DNA of 64,000 bases, taken from assembly GCA_950097015.1 (NCBI GenBank), contig CATNEN010000002.1:6076001-6140000 (forward strand), given 5' to 3'. Numbering within the stretch: the stretch's first letter is position 1; every line of letters begins with the position of its first letter. Made by a program: the position numbers and the translations under genes. Positions 27,501 to 40,408 of this stretch are shown piece after piece. The stretch comes from Macrostomum hystrix. Its lineage: Eukaryota; Animalia; Platyhelminthes. A model generated the notes under the pieces. It was not told the origin of the DNA. It searched no databases and was given only the letters and a program-made list of their open reading frames with translations.

Positions 27501-30500
27501 TCTTTCTCTCCATTCCTTCTCTCCCTTCTTTCTCTCCATTCCTTCTCTCCCTCATTCTCTTCCTAATATTTTCTCCCCCTTTTCTCTCACTTCTCTCCCT
27601 TCCTTCTCTCCCTTCCTTCTCTCCCTTCTTTCTCTACCTTCCTTCTCTCCCTTCCTTATCTCCCTTCCTTCTCTCCTTCTCTCCCTACCTTCTCTCCCTT
27701 CCTTCTTCCACCTCCGTCTCTCCCTTCCTTCTCTCCCTTCCTTCTCTCCCTTCCTTCTCTCCCTTCCTTCTCTCCCTTCCTTCTCTCCCTTCCTTCTCTC
27801 CCTTCTTTCTCTACCTTCCTTCTCTCCCTTCCTTATCTCCCTTCCTTCTTCCACCTCCGTCTCTGCCTACCTTCTCTCCCTTCCTTCTTCCACCTCCGTC
27901 TCTCCCTTCCTTCTCTCCCTTCCTTCTCTCCCTTCCTTCTCTCCCTTCCTTCTCTCCCTTCCTTCTCTCCCTTCTTTCTCTACCTTCCTTCTCTCCCTTC
28001 CTTCTCTCCTTCTCTCCCTTCCTTCTTCCATCTCCGTCTCTCCCTTCCTTCTCTCCCTTCCGTCTCTTCCTTTCGTCTCCCCCTTCCTTCTCTCCCTTCT
28101 CTCCTTTCCTTCTCTTTAAAAATGGTAAGGCCGCCATTAAACCTGTACACTCTTTGCCACCGCAATTGCAGGCCCTGCACCCGTTCTACATCTTCCAAGT
28201 GTTCAGCGTGACGATCTGGTTCAACGACGGCTACTGGATGTACGCCACTTGCATTGTGATAATCTCAACCCTGTCTCTGTCACTGTCTGTGCTTGAGACC
28301 GCCAGGGTAAGCGGCTGATTTCACCAAAAACATAATGAGCTGTTTCGTGCTTTTTCTCCTAATTTAATAAGCATTCTCATCAACACGCAGAATGAGCGCA
28401 ATCTCCGCCTGACCCTGGTGTCATCCGATCACGTCCGGGTGGCTAGAGGCATCGACAGTGAGTACCGTTACTGACTGGTCTCATGACTTCCTCTGATTTA
28501 TCTGATATTACTCTGATAAGACTGAAGTCTTCGCTCACTCTCTCTGTGTCTGTCACTCTCACCTCACCCTCTCTCTCTCTATCACTCTCCCTCTCTCTCT
28601 CTGTCTGTCACTCTCTCTGTCTGTCACTCTCTCAGTTTGTCACTCTCTCTGTCTGTCACTCTCTCTGTCTGTCACTCTCTCTGTCTGTCACTCTCTCTGT
28701 CTGTCACTCTCTCTGTCTGTCACTCTCTCTGTCTGTCACTCTCTCTGTCTGTCACTCTCTCTGTCTGTCACTCTCTCTGTCTGTCACTCTCTCTGTCTGT
28801 CACTCTCTCTGTCTGTCACTCTCTCTGTCTGTCACTCTCTCTGTCTGTCACTCTCTCAGTTTGTCACTCTCTCTGTCTGTCACTCTCTCTGTCTGTCACT
28901 CTCTCTGTCTGTCACTCTCTCAGTTTGTCACTCTCCCTGTCTGTCACTCTCTCTGTCTGTCACTCTCTCTGTCTGTCACTCTCTCTGTCTGTCACTCTCT
29001 CAGTTTGTCACTCTCTCTGTCTGTCACTCTCTCAGTTTGTCACTCTCTCTGTCTGTCACTCTCTCTGTCTGTCACTCTCTCAGTTTGTCACTCTCTCAGT
29101 TTGTCACTCTCTCAGTTTGTCACTCTCTCTGTCTGTCACTCTCTCTGTCTGTCACTCTCTCTGTCTGTCACTCTCTCTGTCTGTCACTCTCTCAGTTTGT
29201 CACTCTCTCTGTCTGTCACTCTCTCTGTCTGTCACTCTCTCTGTCTGTCACTCTCTCTGTCTGTCACTCTCTCTGTCTGTCACTCTCTCAGTTTGTCACT
29301 CTCTCTGTCTGTCACTCTCCCTCTCTCAGTTTGTCACTCTCTCTGTCTGTCACTCTCCCTCTCTCAGTTTGTCACTCTCTCTGTCTGTCACTCTCCCTCT
29401 CTCAGTTTGTCACTCTCTCTGTCTGTCACTCTCTCTGTCTGTCACTCTCTCTGTCTCTGTCTGTCACTCTCCCTCTCTCTGTCTCTCACTCTCCCTCTCT
29501 GTCACTCCTTTTCTGTCGATTTCGTTAGCTGGTCTGTTTGTCTTCAAGTAGCACTATAGTCTCAAGTTTCGGACAAAAATTTATTTACACAATTTAATGT
29601 CTCTTTGCAGACACGTTGCAAATTAGCGAATATATATTAGGCTTGTTAGCATTGAACATAAACAAAGTTTCTCATTAGGCTCATCTTGTCTTACCTTTTC
29701 AAAACTTGTTTATGCTAGAATCTTTAACGAGCTCAAATTCATAGTAATACTAAAGCAGATAATGACACATGTTTTTCGAACTTTAGAAGGCTTTTTTCGT
29801 ATACTAGTTTGGATAAACTTTTGGCTCAATAAAATTTACCTAGAACTTGTGTCTTCTGCACAGTTTCATGCCATAGCACTGAGATTTTATCTATCCGTTT
29901 AGTTGCTCTCAAATGAGAGTGATTACGGGTTCCATGCTCTTAAACAAGTGAGAGCTTGTGCAATCTGTGCTCTGAAAAGAGAGAGTGTATGTAGGATCTG
30001 TGATCTATAAACACAGGAGAGTGTATGTAGGATCTGTGATTTATAAACACAGGAGAGTGTGGCATCTGTGATCTATAAACACAGGAGAGTGTGGCATCTG
30101 TGATCTATAAACACAGGAGAGTGTGGCATCTGTGATCTATAAACACAGGAGAGTGTGGCATCTGTGATCTATAAACACAGGAGAGTGTGGCATCTGTGAT
30201 CTATAAACACAGGAGAGTGTGGCATCTCTGATCTATAAATCCAAACGCAATCACCCACCCCAGACTTCGTGGAGATCGACTCGGACCTCCTGGTGCCAGG
30301 TGACGTGATTGAGATTCCAAAGAACGGCTGCGTGATGCAGTGCGACGCCGTTCTCATCACAGGCAACTGCATCGTGAATGAGAGCATGCTCACAGGTGAG
30401 AGCGTGCCCGTGCTCAAAACTCCCCTGCCCGATCCCACCAGCTCGCGCAAGAAGCAGCAGCAGCAGCAGCAGAAGTCTCGCAGTAAGCCGGAGCTCATTT

Positions 30501-33500
30501 TCAATGTTCGCGAGCACAACAAGCACGTGCTGTTCTGCGGCACGAAGGTCATCCAGACGAGGTTTGTTGAAGGCGGACGGGTTCGCGCCGTTGTTGTGCG
30601 CACCGGTTTCATGACAGCCAAGGGCGAGATGATTCGCTCCATTCTGTTTCCCAAGCCGATTGAGTTCAAGTTCAACCAGGTGAGACCGCTTTAATTGTGT
30701 GCGTTGTGTATTCAATGAAGTCTTACGGCCATAGAATGTCACAAGACATAAAGTGAAAAGGTCATTGAACACAAGTTCGCATAGTGACAAGGGTCATAAA
30801 GACAAAGGAACATTCAGTCTCAATGTCATTACGTGATAAGTTCATACAGTCACAAGGTCATACAGTAACAAGGTCATGTAGTCACAAAGTCATGCAAATA
30901 CAAGGTCATACAGTGACAATGGTCATATAGTCACAAGGTCATACAGTCACAAGGTCATTTAGTCACATGGTTATACAGTCACAAGGTCATACAGTCACAA
31001 GGTCATACAGTCACAAGGTCATTCAGTCACATGGTTATACAGTCACAAGGTCATACAGTCACAAGGTCATACAGTCACAATGGTCATACAGTCACGAGGT
31101 CATACAGTCACAAGGTCATACAGTCACAAGGTCATACAGTCACAATGGTCATACAGTCACAAGGTCATACAGTCACAAGGTCATACAGTCACAATGGTCA
31201 TACAGCTACAATGTCCTATAGTACAAGATCCTCTATTGACGGAGAAGAGTCCTCCCCTACAGCATAGAATCGAACCCCCGACCGCACCAGGACGTGATTC
31301 ACTACCTGATCGTGCTGGGCATGTTTGCCCTGGCCGGCTTCGTGTACACCATTGTGCTGATGAACAGCCGAGGCTACCCGGTCAGCAAGATGATCATCAG
31401 GGCCCTGGACCTCATCACCATCGTGGTGCCACCAGCTCTGCCAGCGGCGATGACAGTCGGCATCGTGTTCGCCCAGACTCGTCTGAGAAAGGCAAACATC
31501 TTCTGCATCTCGCCAAACCAGATCAATGTCTCCGGCACCCTCAATGTGGTCTGCTTCGACAAGACCGGCACGCTGACGGAGGACGGCTTGGACATGTGGG
31601 GAGTCCTGCCAACCGAAGGGGACACATTCTCACAGCCTGTGAGCAGTGCTTGAGTTCGTTAATACCCAAAACAATTATCCCGAATTCCGATACATTCTAT
31701 TTGAAACCCGATACTGCCCTAAATATTCAGTTTAATTGTTAAAGCGCTCGGGGTTTTTAGCCTTGGGGTTAGGGCGTCAGACTCGCGACTTGAAGGTCGA
31801 GGGTTCGATTCCTACTCCGGGGACTGATTGGTTGACAGACTAGGCGATTGTGTACACTTTCTTTCACTTTAGAAATTCGCGTCAGGGTGTCCATAGTGGC
31901 CCATTTCCACGAGTTTTAGCCCTTGAAGGTCCAGCAGCTCGGTCTAGATAAAGGTAGGTGACCACCGAAAACGGAGATGATGCAGGCACATTCAGGTGAC
32001 ACGCGGATAAACTTTGAAGGCCTGGAAAGGCCGCACTGAGGCGCAGTGCTAATTTGTGTATTGGGGTGTATGAAATACACTAGCGCTTATGGGAAAAAAC
32101 CGACTTTCGGCCAGAAACATTGAATATCTCGACGGTCTGAAGAGCTGGCGACATGATTCTTGTTTCCGAAGATGCGCAACAAAAAGTTGGGCCGTGTTTT
32201 TGAGTTTCGTGTGCTTGCGTTGCTCCGTTCGGGTGCAGCACAAAATACTGTTAAATCCCATTTCAAGGTAGGAAAATTCTTCCCACAGGTGCATCAGCCG
32301 GACACCTTGCCGGGCGGTCCGTTTCTGGAGGCCATGGCCACGTGCCACACCCTCACCCGCATAGAAGGCGAGCTGTCTGGCGACCCTCTGGACCTGAAGA
32401 TGTTCCTCAGCACTGGCTGGCAGCTGGAAGAGCCGGAGAGGGACGATTATAAAAAATTCGACCAGCTGGTGTCCACCATCGTTCGCGCCCCGCCAGGACA
32501 ATCGGCGCCGGGAGTTGTCGGCGAGAAGCAGCCGGACTCGCCGTCCAGCTACGAGGTCGGCATTGTCCGACAGTTCACCTTCAGCTCCAGCCTCCAGCGA
32601 ATGTCCGTCATCGCCCGTCGTCTGGGAGCCGATCATTTCACGGCCTACGTGAAGGGCTCACCGGAGATGGTGCAGTCGCTGTGCCGCCCGGAGACAATCC
32701 CGGCCTCCTTTCATGACTGCCTGATGCTGTACACCCGGCAGGGCTACCGCGTCATCGGCCTGGCCTACAAGCCACTCCGCATCTCCTATTTGAAGGCGCA
32801 GAAAATCGGTCGGGACTCCGTGGAGCGCGACTTAATCTTCCTGGGCCTGCTGGTGATGGAGAACCGGTTAAAACCGCAGACCACCCGAGTGATCCACGAG
32901 CTGCTCAACGCCAACATCAGGCCTGTCATGGTCACTGGGGATAATATCCTCACCGCCCTGAGTGTGGCCAGGTAAAACTATTCCTGAACTATGTCCAATC
33001 AATCCGAATCCCCAATCAATCCGAATCCCGAATCAATCCGAATTCTGAATCAATTCAAATCCTAAAGCAATCCGAATCCCAAATAAATCCGAATCCTAAA
33101 TCAATCCGAATCCCGAATCAATCCGAATCCCGAATCAATCCGAATCCCGAATCAATCCGAATCCCGAATCAATCCGAATCCCAAATCAATCCGACTGCCC
33201 AATCAATCCGAATCCTGAATCAATCCGAATCCCAAATCAATCCGAATCCCAAATCAATCCGAATCCCAAATCAATCCGAATCCCAAATAAATCCGAATCC
33301 TAAATCAATCCGAATCCCAAATAAATCCGAATCCTAAATCAATCCGAATCCCAAATAAATCCGAATCCTAAATCAATCCGAATCCCGAATCAATCCGAAT
33401 CCCAAATCAATCCGAATCACAAATAAATCCGAATCCTAAATCAATCCGAATCCCGAATCAATCCGAATCCCAAATCAATCCGAATCCCAAATCAATCCGA

Positions 33501-36500
33501 ATCCCAAATCAATCCGAATCCTAAAGCAATCCGAATTCCGAATCAATCCGAATTCCGAATCAATCCGAATTCCAAATCAATCCGAATTCCAAATCAATCC
33601 GAATCCCGAATCAATCCGAATCCTCAATAAATCCATTAATGTCCATTTAAATCCAAAATTGCAATCTATGCAGGAAAATGCCTGTTGATTTACACCTACC
33701 CAAATTGATTCCCTCTTCTATCAGGGATTGCGACATCATTGGGGATCGCGACTCGGTGATCCTGGTGCAGGGCACCCCAGCCGAGCCGCCCTTCAAAGCC
33801 CAGGTGGATTTCCACTACGCCGGCGACCTGCGCAAGAAGGTTCGCGAGGTGGTACCCGAGCACGCCTTTTCGATCCTCAACACACGCGACCCCGAGATCG
33901 ACATCCGCGAGGGAAATTACCACCTGGCCATGACCGGCAGGTCCTGGGAGATTGTGAGGACCAATTTTCCCAACCTCATCCCCAAGCTGGTGGTGAAAGG
34001 CACCGTGTTTGCCCGCTTCTCGCCCGATCAGAAAGCTCAGCTGGTTGAAGCTCTGCAACAGGTGAGTTGAGTGGGTTGTGGGGATCTGGGATGTCTGTTT
34101 GTTCCCATTCTGGGGTGTTTATTTGATCCTACTGTGGGGTGTTTATTAGTTTCTACTGTGGGGTGTTTATTAGTTCCTACTGTGGGGTGTTTATTAGTTC
34201 CTACTGTGGGGTGTTTATTAGTTCCTACTGTGGGGTGTTTATTAGATCCCACTGTGGGGTGTTTATTAGATCCCACTGTGGGGTGTTTATTAGATCCCAC
34301 GGTTGGGTGTTTATTAGATCCTACGGTGGGGTGTTTATTAGATCCCACTATGGGGTGTTTATTAGATCCCACGGTGAGGTGTTTATTAGATCCCACTGTG
34401 GGGTGTTTATTAGATCCCACGGTGGGGTGTTTATTAGATCCCACTTTGGGGTTTTTATTAGATCCCACGGTGGGGTGTTTATTAGATCCTACGGTGGGGT
34501 GTTTATTAGATCCCACGGTGGGGTGTTTATTAGATCCCACTTTGGGGTGTTTATTAGATCCTACGGTGGGGTGTTTATTAGATCCCACGGTGGGGTGTTT
34601 ATTAGATCCCACGGTGGGGTGTTTATTAGATCCCACTTTGGGGTGTTTATTAGATTCTACTGTGGGGTGTTTATTAGATCCTACGGTGGCTTATGAGACG
34701 TGGCAGTTAATCTAATCCGACAGTATTGTCCATACTTGAGCTAAAAGTACACAGAAAAAGCAGAAGTTCACTAGTATAGTTTTTTAAATAAAAGTTTAGA
34801 AAGCAGCAAGTAGACCACACACACATGCGCAAACACGCGCCAATGCTAATGGGAAAAAAGAACTATACCAGCGTATCCAGATTACTCTTCAGATCCGCCT
34901 TCTTAGGTTTTTTAACAGCTCAGCGAATTTCTTTCCTAGTTCTTTATATTAAATTTCTTTGCCTACTAGAAGGAATTAGTCTGTCTAAATAATCCCCTGA
35001 TCTTGACCCGTTGCTTGAGGTTGGGATCTGATCGCTAAGTGCAAGGGGTGCATGGTTCAACAGCTGCCAACTCCTGTGTCTCTGACAAGGGCACGCAAGG
35101 CATGCTGCTATTCCGCTGTTGCAACGTGCCTTGTCTCAATTCAACTAGTTCTCTGCTGCTGCTGCTGCTGCTGCTGAACACTCAAATTTCGGCACTTTTC
35201 TTAGAATACTAGTTTTTGCATACTTCTCTACTGCTAGATAATAATAATAGTAGTATGGCTTGGATATTGTGATCTAGATGATTAACGAGCAGATAAAACA
35301 CTTGTGACACTTCAGCAAAACATTCAGCAACAGCCGAATTATACCATACCACACACCTGACAGCACCATACCACACACACCTGACAGCACCATACCACAC
35401 ACCTGACAGCACCATACCACACACCTGACAGCACCATACCACACACCTGACAGCACCATACCACACACCTGACAGCACCATACCACACACCTGACAGCAC
35501 CATACCACACACCTGACAGCACCATACCACACACCTGACAACACCATACCACACACCTGACAACACCATACCAAACACCTGACAGCACCATACCATACAC
35601 ACCTGACAGCACCATACCACACACCTGACAGCACCATACCACACACCTGACAGCACCATACCACACACCTGACAGCACCATACCACACACCTGACACCCA
35701 CCAGGTGGGCTACACCGTCGGGATGTGCGGCGATGGTGCCAACGATTGCGGCGCCTTGAAGGCCGCCCACGCGGGAATCTCGCTGAGCGAAGCCGAAGCC
35801 TCGGTGGCGTCGCCCTTCACCTCCAAGGAGCAGAACATCTCCTGCGTGCCGACGCTCATCAGGGAGGGCCGCTGCGCGCTCATCACCTCCTTCGGCATCT
35901 TCAAATTCATGGCGGGCTATTCCACGGCCCAGTTCGTGTCCTGCCTGATCCTGTACTACATCGGCTGCAACCTCATCGACGCCCAGTTCCTATACGTGGA
36001 CTTGTTCATCATCACCACCCTCAGCATCACCTTCGGCTACACGCACGCCTTCCCGCGCATGGCCAAGGAGGCGCCCACCATGCGGCTGATGTCCGCCGTC
36101 ACCGTGACCTCTATATGTACCCAAATCCTGTTGAACGTCACCTTCCAAGCATCGGCCTTCCTCTACGTTCACACCCAGCCCTGGTTCTATCCATTCCATC
36201 GGGACATTTCGTCGGACCACTATGACAGCTATGAAAATACCATGGTGTTTCTGGTGTCCATGTACCAGTACATCACAATGGCCGTGGTCTTCTCCAAGTC
36301 CACGCCTTACAGAAAGACAATTTTCTCTAACTGTGAGCTGGGCTTTGATCTATGGGATAACAGGGGAGGTGATGGGATAACATGGCAGGTGATGGGATAA
36401 CATGGGAGGTGATGGGATAACATGGGAGGTGATGGGATAACAGGGGAGGTGATGGGATAACATGGCAGGTGATGGGATAAAATGGGAGGTGATGGGATAA

Positions 36501-38256
36501 CATGGGAGGTGATGGGAAAACATGGGAGGTGATGGGATTAGAGGTGAGGTGATGGGATTAGAAGGGTTGTGATGGGATTAAAGAGGAGATAATGACAAAA
36601 GATGGCGGATAATGGGTTAAGGAGGGAGGTCATTGGAAAAGAGAGGAGATAGTATGATAAAAGGGGAGACATGGGATAAGATCGGTGGATAATGGGATAA
36701 AAACCTCGGTTGTCTTTCAGACTTTATTCTGGTGAACATTCTGGTGACCCTGTCGGTGAACATTTATGTAACTTTCAACCCCTTCCAAGAACTGAAGTCT
36801 CTGCTGCACGTGAGTTCGCTAATCACTTGGCTTTTGCGACACTTATCCCCTTTTGTCCCCAAATAATCCCTTTCAAAAATATCACATTGCCCACATTTCG
36901 CTTATTCCGAATCTCCTATTTTCCATAAGTCTTCCCCTTCCCCTATGTCTATTTTTTCCCAAATCTGTCATTTAAACTTTTTTCAAACTTAAACTTTCCT
37001 AGTTCCTAAATCCAAGATTTTTCCTAAACTCCTGTTTCCCGAAATTCCCATTTCCTTATTGTCACATTTCCCAAATCTTTCATTTCCCAAATCTCCCACT
37101 TTCCAAATCTCCCATTATCCAAATTCTCCATTTTCCCAATCTCCCATTTCCCAAATCTCTCATTTTTTCAATCTCCCATTTCCTAAATCTTTCACTTTCC
37201 AAATCTCCCATTTCCGAAATCTCCCATTTCCCAAATCTTTCACTTCCCAAATCCCCCATTTTCCCAATCTCCCATTTCCCAAATCTTTCACTTCCCAAAT
37301 CCCCCATTTCCCCAATCTCCCATTTCCCAAATCCCCCATTTTCCCAATCTCCCATTTCCCAAATCCCCCATTTTCCCAATCTCCCATTTCCAAAATCTCT
37401 AATTTTCCCAATCTTCCCCTTTCCATATCTTCCATTTTTCAAATCTTCCATTTCTCAAATTTACTATTTCCCAAAGCACATATTTTTGTATTCCGAAATC
37501 ACTTATTTTCACAATCACCCGATTCCTGATTTTTCACAATCTCTGCCCTCCCATCTCCGTGCCAAATCAATGCTGTTGTTTGTCACCCCCGCCGCCGCAG
37601 CTCTGGGACACTCCGCGCGACAACCCGAGCGTTCGCTTCAAATTCCTGGTGCTCGGCGCTGTGCTCATGAACTTTCTGCTCAGCTACATCGCCGAGGAAC
37701 TCATCGAGGGCCCCTGGTTCCGAATGCTGGTGCGCCGCCTCCAACGCACCTTCGCCGGCAACAGCGAGAAGGAGTACGAGAGGATCAAGGACGAGCTGCA
37801 GCAGGAGCAGGGATCCTGGCCTCCCATCACCAGGACCACCAGCTACCAGGTATCCTCTCCTACCTCTCATCTGGTCCTCTAATCTCATTTAATCTCACCT
37901 TATCTCCTCTCCTAATATGTTCTATCCTGTCCGCATATTGTCTTGTCAATCATAAAACTCTGCTGTGTTGCGAGCTCAAGCTCATACCTCAATTATCCAA
38001 TCGCCTTCAATCATTTGCCCCATTGCAGGACATGACCCACCAGGATCTGTTGAAGTTCGTCAGCGAGGCTCCGATTCGCCGCACCCACTCGGCGAGTGGC
38101 CCCCTGCAGGCCGGCGACGCAACCTCCGAGGACGAGGACGACGAAGATGAAGCTTTTGTTGCTGGCGGCGGTGGCAGCGGCGGCGAAGGCGGCGGTGGAG
38201 CTGCCGGACCTTCGGGCGAGCGTCGGCACATGCTGCCCTCGCTGAGCGAGAAGTGA
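15584..38256 (+). CDS. ATP13A3: P5B-type ATPase (ATP13A2/3-like putative polyamine transporter), 17 exons, about 1289 aa
   Basis: Exons 15584-15679, 15947-16114, 19725-19783, 24186(or 24204)-24285, 25485-25526, 26452-26534, 27116-27257, 28172-28306, 28391-28457, 30264-30679, 31291-31638, 32289-32971, 33725-34061, 35705-36332, 36721-36809, 37601-37849, 38029-38256, all GT-AG and phase-consistent. Motifs: [33 protein letters not shown] (P5B; P5A has PPELP), DKTGTLT, KGSPE, TGDN, GDGAND, QFLYVDL. Orthology to a specific vertebrate paralogue cannot be resolved. Confidence 0.95.
16123..16381. repeat. 16-bp minisatellite (AATGCTGACCCAATCC), ATP13A intron 2
   Basis: Tandem array starting 9 nt after the donor. 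Confidence 0.95.
17255..17825. repeat. 20-bp pyrimidine-rich minisatellite (CTCCCTCCCATCTCTCCTCT)
   Basis: Tandem array. Confidence 0.95.
18310..19415. repeat. adjacent 15-bp (CTCACTCTCTCTGAC) and ATCTCATCCCAATCTCACCC-type arrays
   Basis: Tandem arrays with a junction near 18710. Confidence 0.9.
19925..20095. repeat. CT-rich simple repeat
   Basis: Low-complexity tract. Confidence 0.85.
20640..21135. repeat. degenerate 12-bp-based repeat (GAATCGTAGCAG/GAATCGCAGCTA)
   Basis: Diverged tandem units. Confidence 0.8.
21630..22632. repeat. 35-bp minisatellite with 26-bp truncated variants
   Basis: Unit CCCTTCTTTGTCAATCTGTAGATCGTCGATTCTAC. Confidence 0.95.
22636..24197 (+). repeat. 31-bp satellite = amplified intron 3/exon 4 splice-acceptor junction, 50 units
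   Basis: Unit GGTCAAGCTACT(T/C)TAATTCAACCAATTGCAG; 24186-22636=1550=50x31; the last copy runs into coding sequence. Confidence 0.95.
24666..25198. repeat. 16-bp minisatellite (GTGACATAGTGACGGA), about 33 near-perfect units
   Basis: Tandem array. Confidence 0.97.
26548..26885. repeat. 20-bp minisatellite (GCCACTGATTTAGGGGAGTG)
   Basis: Tandem array starting about 13 nt after the exon 6 donor. Confidence 0.95.
27270..28115. repeat. CT-rich compound repeat filling ATP13A intron 7
   Basis: CCTTCCTTCTCTC-type units. Confidence 0.9.
28530..29500. repeat. 16-bp repeat (CTGTCACTCTCTCTGT)
   Basis: Tandem array. Confidence 0.95.
29990..30238. repeat. 32-bp minisatellite containing ACACAG|G acceptor-like sites
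   Basis: Unit TGTGATCTATAAACACAGGAGAGTGTGGCATC. Confidence 0.9.
30838..31205. repeat. 16-bp minisatellite (CATACAGTCACAAGGT)
   Basis: Tandem array. Confidence 0.9.
31760..31825 (+). mobile_element. tRNA-derived SINE head (family A)
   Basis: gccttggggttagggcgtc...ttgaaggtcgagggttcgattcc. Confidence 0.7.
31883..32250. mobile_element. unclassified dispersed repeat, copy 2 (ATP13A intron 11)
   Basis: Homologous to 1624-1852 and 2108-2150. Confidence 0.7.
32995..33630. repeat. 17-bp minisatellite (AATCAATCCGAATCCCG)
   Basis: Tandem array. Confidence 0.95.
34085..34690. repeat. 24-bp minisatellite (TGTGGGGTGTTTATTAGATCCCAC)
   Basis: Tandem array starting about 25 nt after the exon 13 donor. 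Confidence 0.95.
35341..35698. repeat. 22-bp minisatellite (CACCATACCACACACCTGACAG) abutting the exon 14 acceptor
   Basis: Tandem array; the last unit degenerates into ctgacacccaccag|. Confidence 0.95.
36350..36560. repeat. 20-bp minisatellite (GATGGGATAACATGGGAGGT)
   Basis: Tandem array just after the exon 14 donor. Confidence 0.9.
37035..37455. repeat. degenerate CCATTTCCCAAATCT repeat
   Basis: Tandem units. Confidence 0.85.
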
Positions 38257-39751
38257 CAAAACTGATATTTATTACTGAGCCACAGTAGTCTAGCCAGTTT
38301 TTTAATGCAATTTACACATTGATTTAGTGGAATTTCGAATTGATTTCAAAATGGCGCCAAAAAGGGTTAATAATTTCAGATTTTTTAAGTAAAATATAAC
38401 AAAATCTTGAATTTGAAAAAAAATTGGATAGCAAAACGTGATTTGCAAAAATACAAGCAAATAAAAAATATTTCGATATTTGTTATACTGGTTAGAATTG
38501 GCGCGAATTTGAAGTACTTGTTCATTTTAAAGCTTTAAATTAGCGCCAAACTGCTGTAAATCATTTTATTCTAATAAATTAGTGGCGTCACTTGAAACAA
38601 ACGAAGTAGATAAAATGTAACGATTTTAGACACTCTTGTGCAATAACTCCTTATATTGAATGATTTTAATTGGGGAATTTTTTGAACAATCATGATTTAT
38701 TTCACACAATAATCTTACGTTCCCTATCACTGAATGTTTACAATCGATTTTGTCGTTTTCGATGATGACCAATCAAATCAATATTTGCAAGCCGTCAAGT
38801 CAATCTAAATCATGAATGCGAGTTTATTATCCTCAATAATGTCTGGTCACACTCGCGATTCTCATTCGGTTTTATAGCCTCAAAGTCATTATTTTCTCAC
38901 TTTGTGCAACATTTGTTTTAGCAGCATGCGGATCGGGTCATTGCGTGCAAGGAAAAAGTTTGAGAACGCTCGTAAGCCAAGTTGAGTTCAGGCTGAAATC
39001 TCATGTGAGTCGTCAAATCAAATCAATCTATTATTTTTAAGCCTTACAGTTAGTTTAGTAACTGGCCAGTTATTTGTGGCCCTCCTGGGTGGCGGTTGCA
39101 GGTTCAGGAACCCAACTGGAGCTCATTGTCACCCATCCGCACAAAAATAATTGTTTAGTTTAATAATTGTGGTTTGATCTTTTGTTTTATTGCCCGTACT
39201 TTACTGGCCGTTGTCTTTTGCCTTCCGAGTTGTTCTTCTCTCTATTTGTGTTCTTTTTAGCTAATTGAAATTGTTTTGTTACTTTTGTTGTCTTTAATTT
39301 TGGGAATTATCAATTGGTGTGGATCGGTACCTTATAACTGGATTTATTTATCACAGTTCAGGTTGGTACTTTGATAGGTGTTGTGCGAAAATCAAGAATG
39401 CTGCCCTGTTGAAACTCCGGTATGTGGAAAAGAAAGTTGCTTTTTTGTCTTTACGATCTCACTAGCGTCTCGCTGAACAATCGTGAAAAACTTGCGAACA
39501 GAATATGAGAAGATTCTTGTGCTCCAGATTTTTTGTTTAAATGCGGTGCACTATTTTCGCATCCCGCCACGCGTCGATGAATACCAGAGCCTGTTCGATT
39601 CAAATTTGATTTGTCAGTTTTACGACCAATATATTTCCATTCTTTTGCTTGAGCTGGCGAAACTAAGTCGGAACATTAAAAAACTTGTCTTTGGTAAATT
39701 ATTTTCATATAACAAAATCAATGACTGCTTGTATGCCAAGCTAGAAGGCCA

Positions 39752-40408
39752 CCCCAGCCTATTGGTTAGCCTCTACCCCTTCACCCCAGCCTATTGGTTA
39801 GCCTCTACCCCTTCACCCCAGCCTATTGGTTAGCCTCTACCCCTGCACCTCAGCCTATTGGCTAGCCTCTACCCCTGCACCTCAGCCTATTGGTTAGCCT
39901 CTACCCCTGCACCTCAGCCTATTGGTTAGCCTCTACCCCTTCACCCCAGCCTATTGGTTAGCCTCTACCCCTTCACCCCAGCCTATTGGTTAGCCTCTAC
40001 CCCTGCAACTCAGCCTATTGGTTAGCCTCTACCCCTGCACCTCAGCCTATTGGCTAGCCTCTACCCCTGCACCTCAGCCTATTGGTTAGCCTCTACCCCT
40101 GCACCTCAGCCTATTGGTTAGCCTCTACCCCTTCACCCCAGCCTATTGGTTAGTCTCTACCCCTTCACCCCAGCCTATTGGTTAGCCTCTACCCCTGCAA
40201 CTCAGCCTATTGGTTAGCCTCTACCCCTTCACCCCAGCCTATTGGTTAGCCTCTACCCCTGCACCTCAGCCTATTGGTTAGCCTCTACCCCTGCACCCCA
40301 GCCTATTGGTTAGCATCTACCCCTGCACCCCAGCCTATTGGTTAGCATCTACCCCTTCACCCCAGCCTATTGGTTAGCATCTACCCCTCCAACCCAGCCA
40401 ATTGGTTA
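39752..40408. repeat. 32-bp minisatellite between the convergent 3' ends
   Basis: Unit CAGCCTATTGGTTAGCCTCTACCCCTGCACCT, about 20 copies. Confidence 0.95.
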
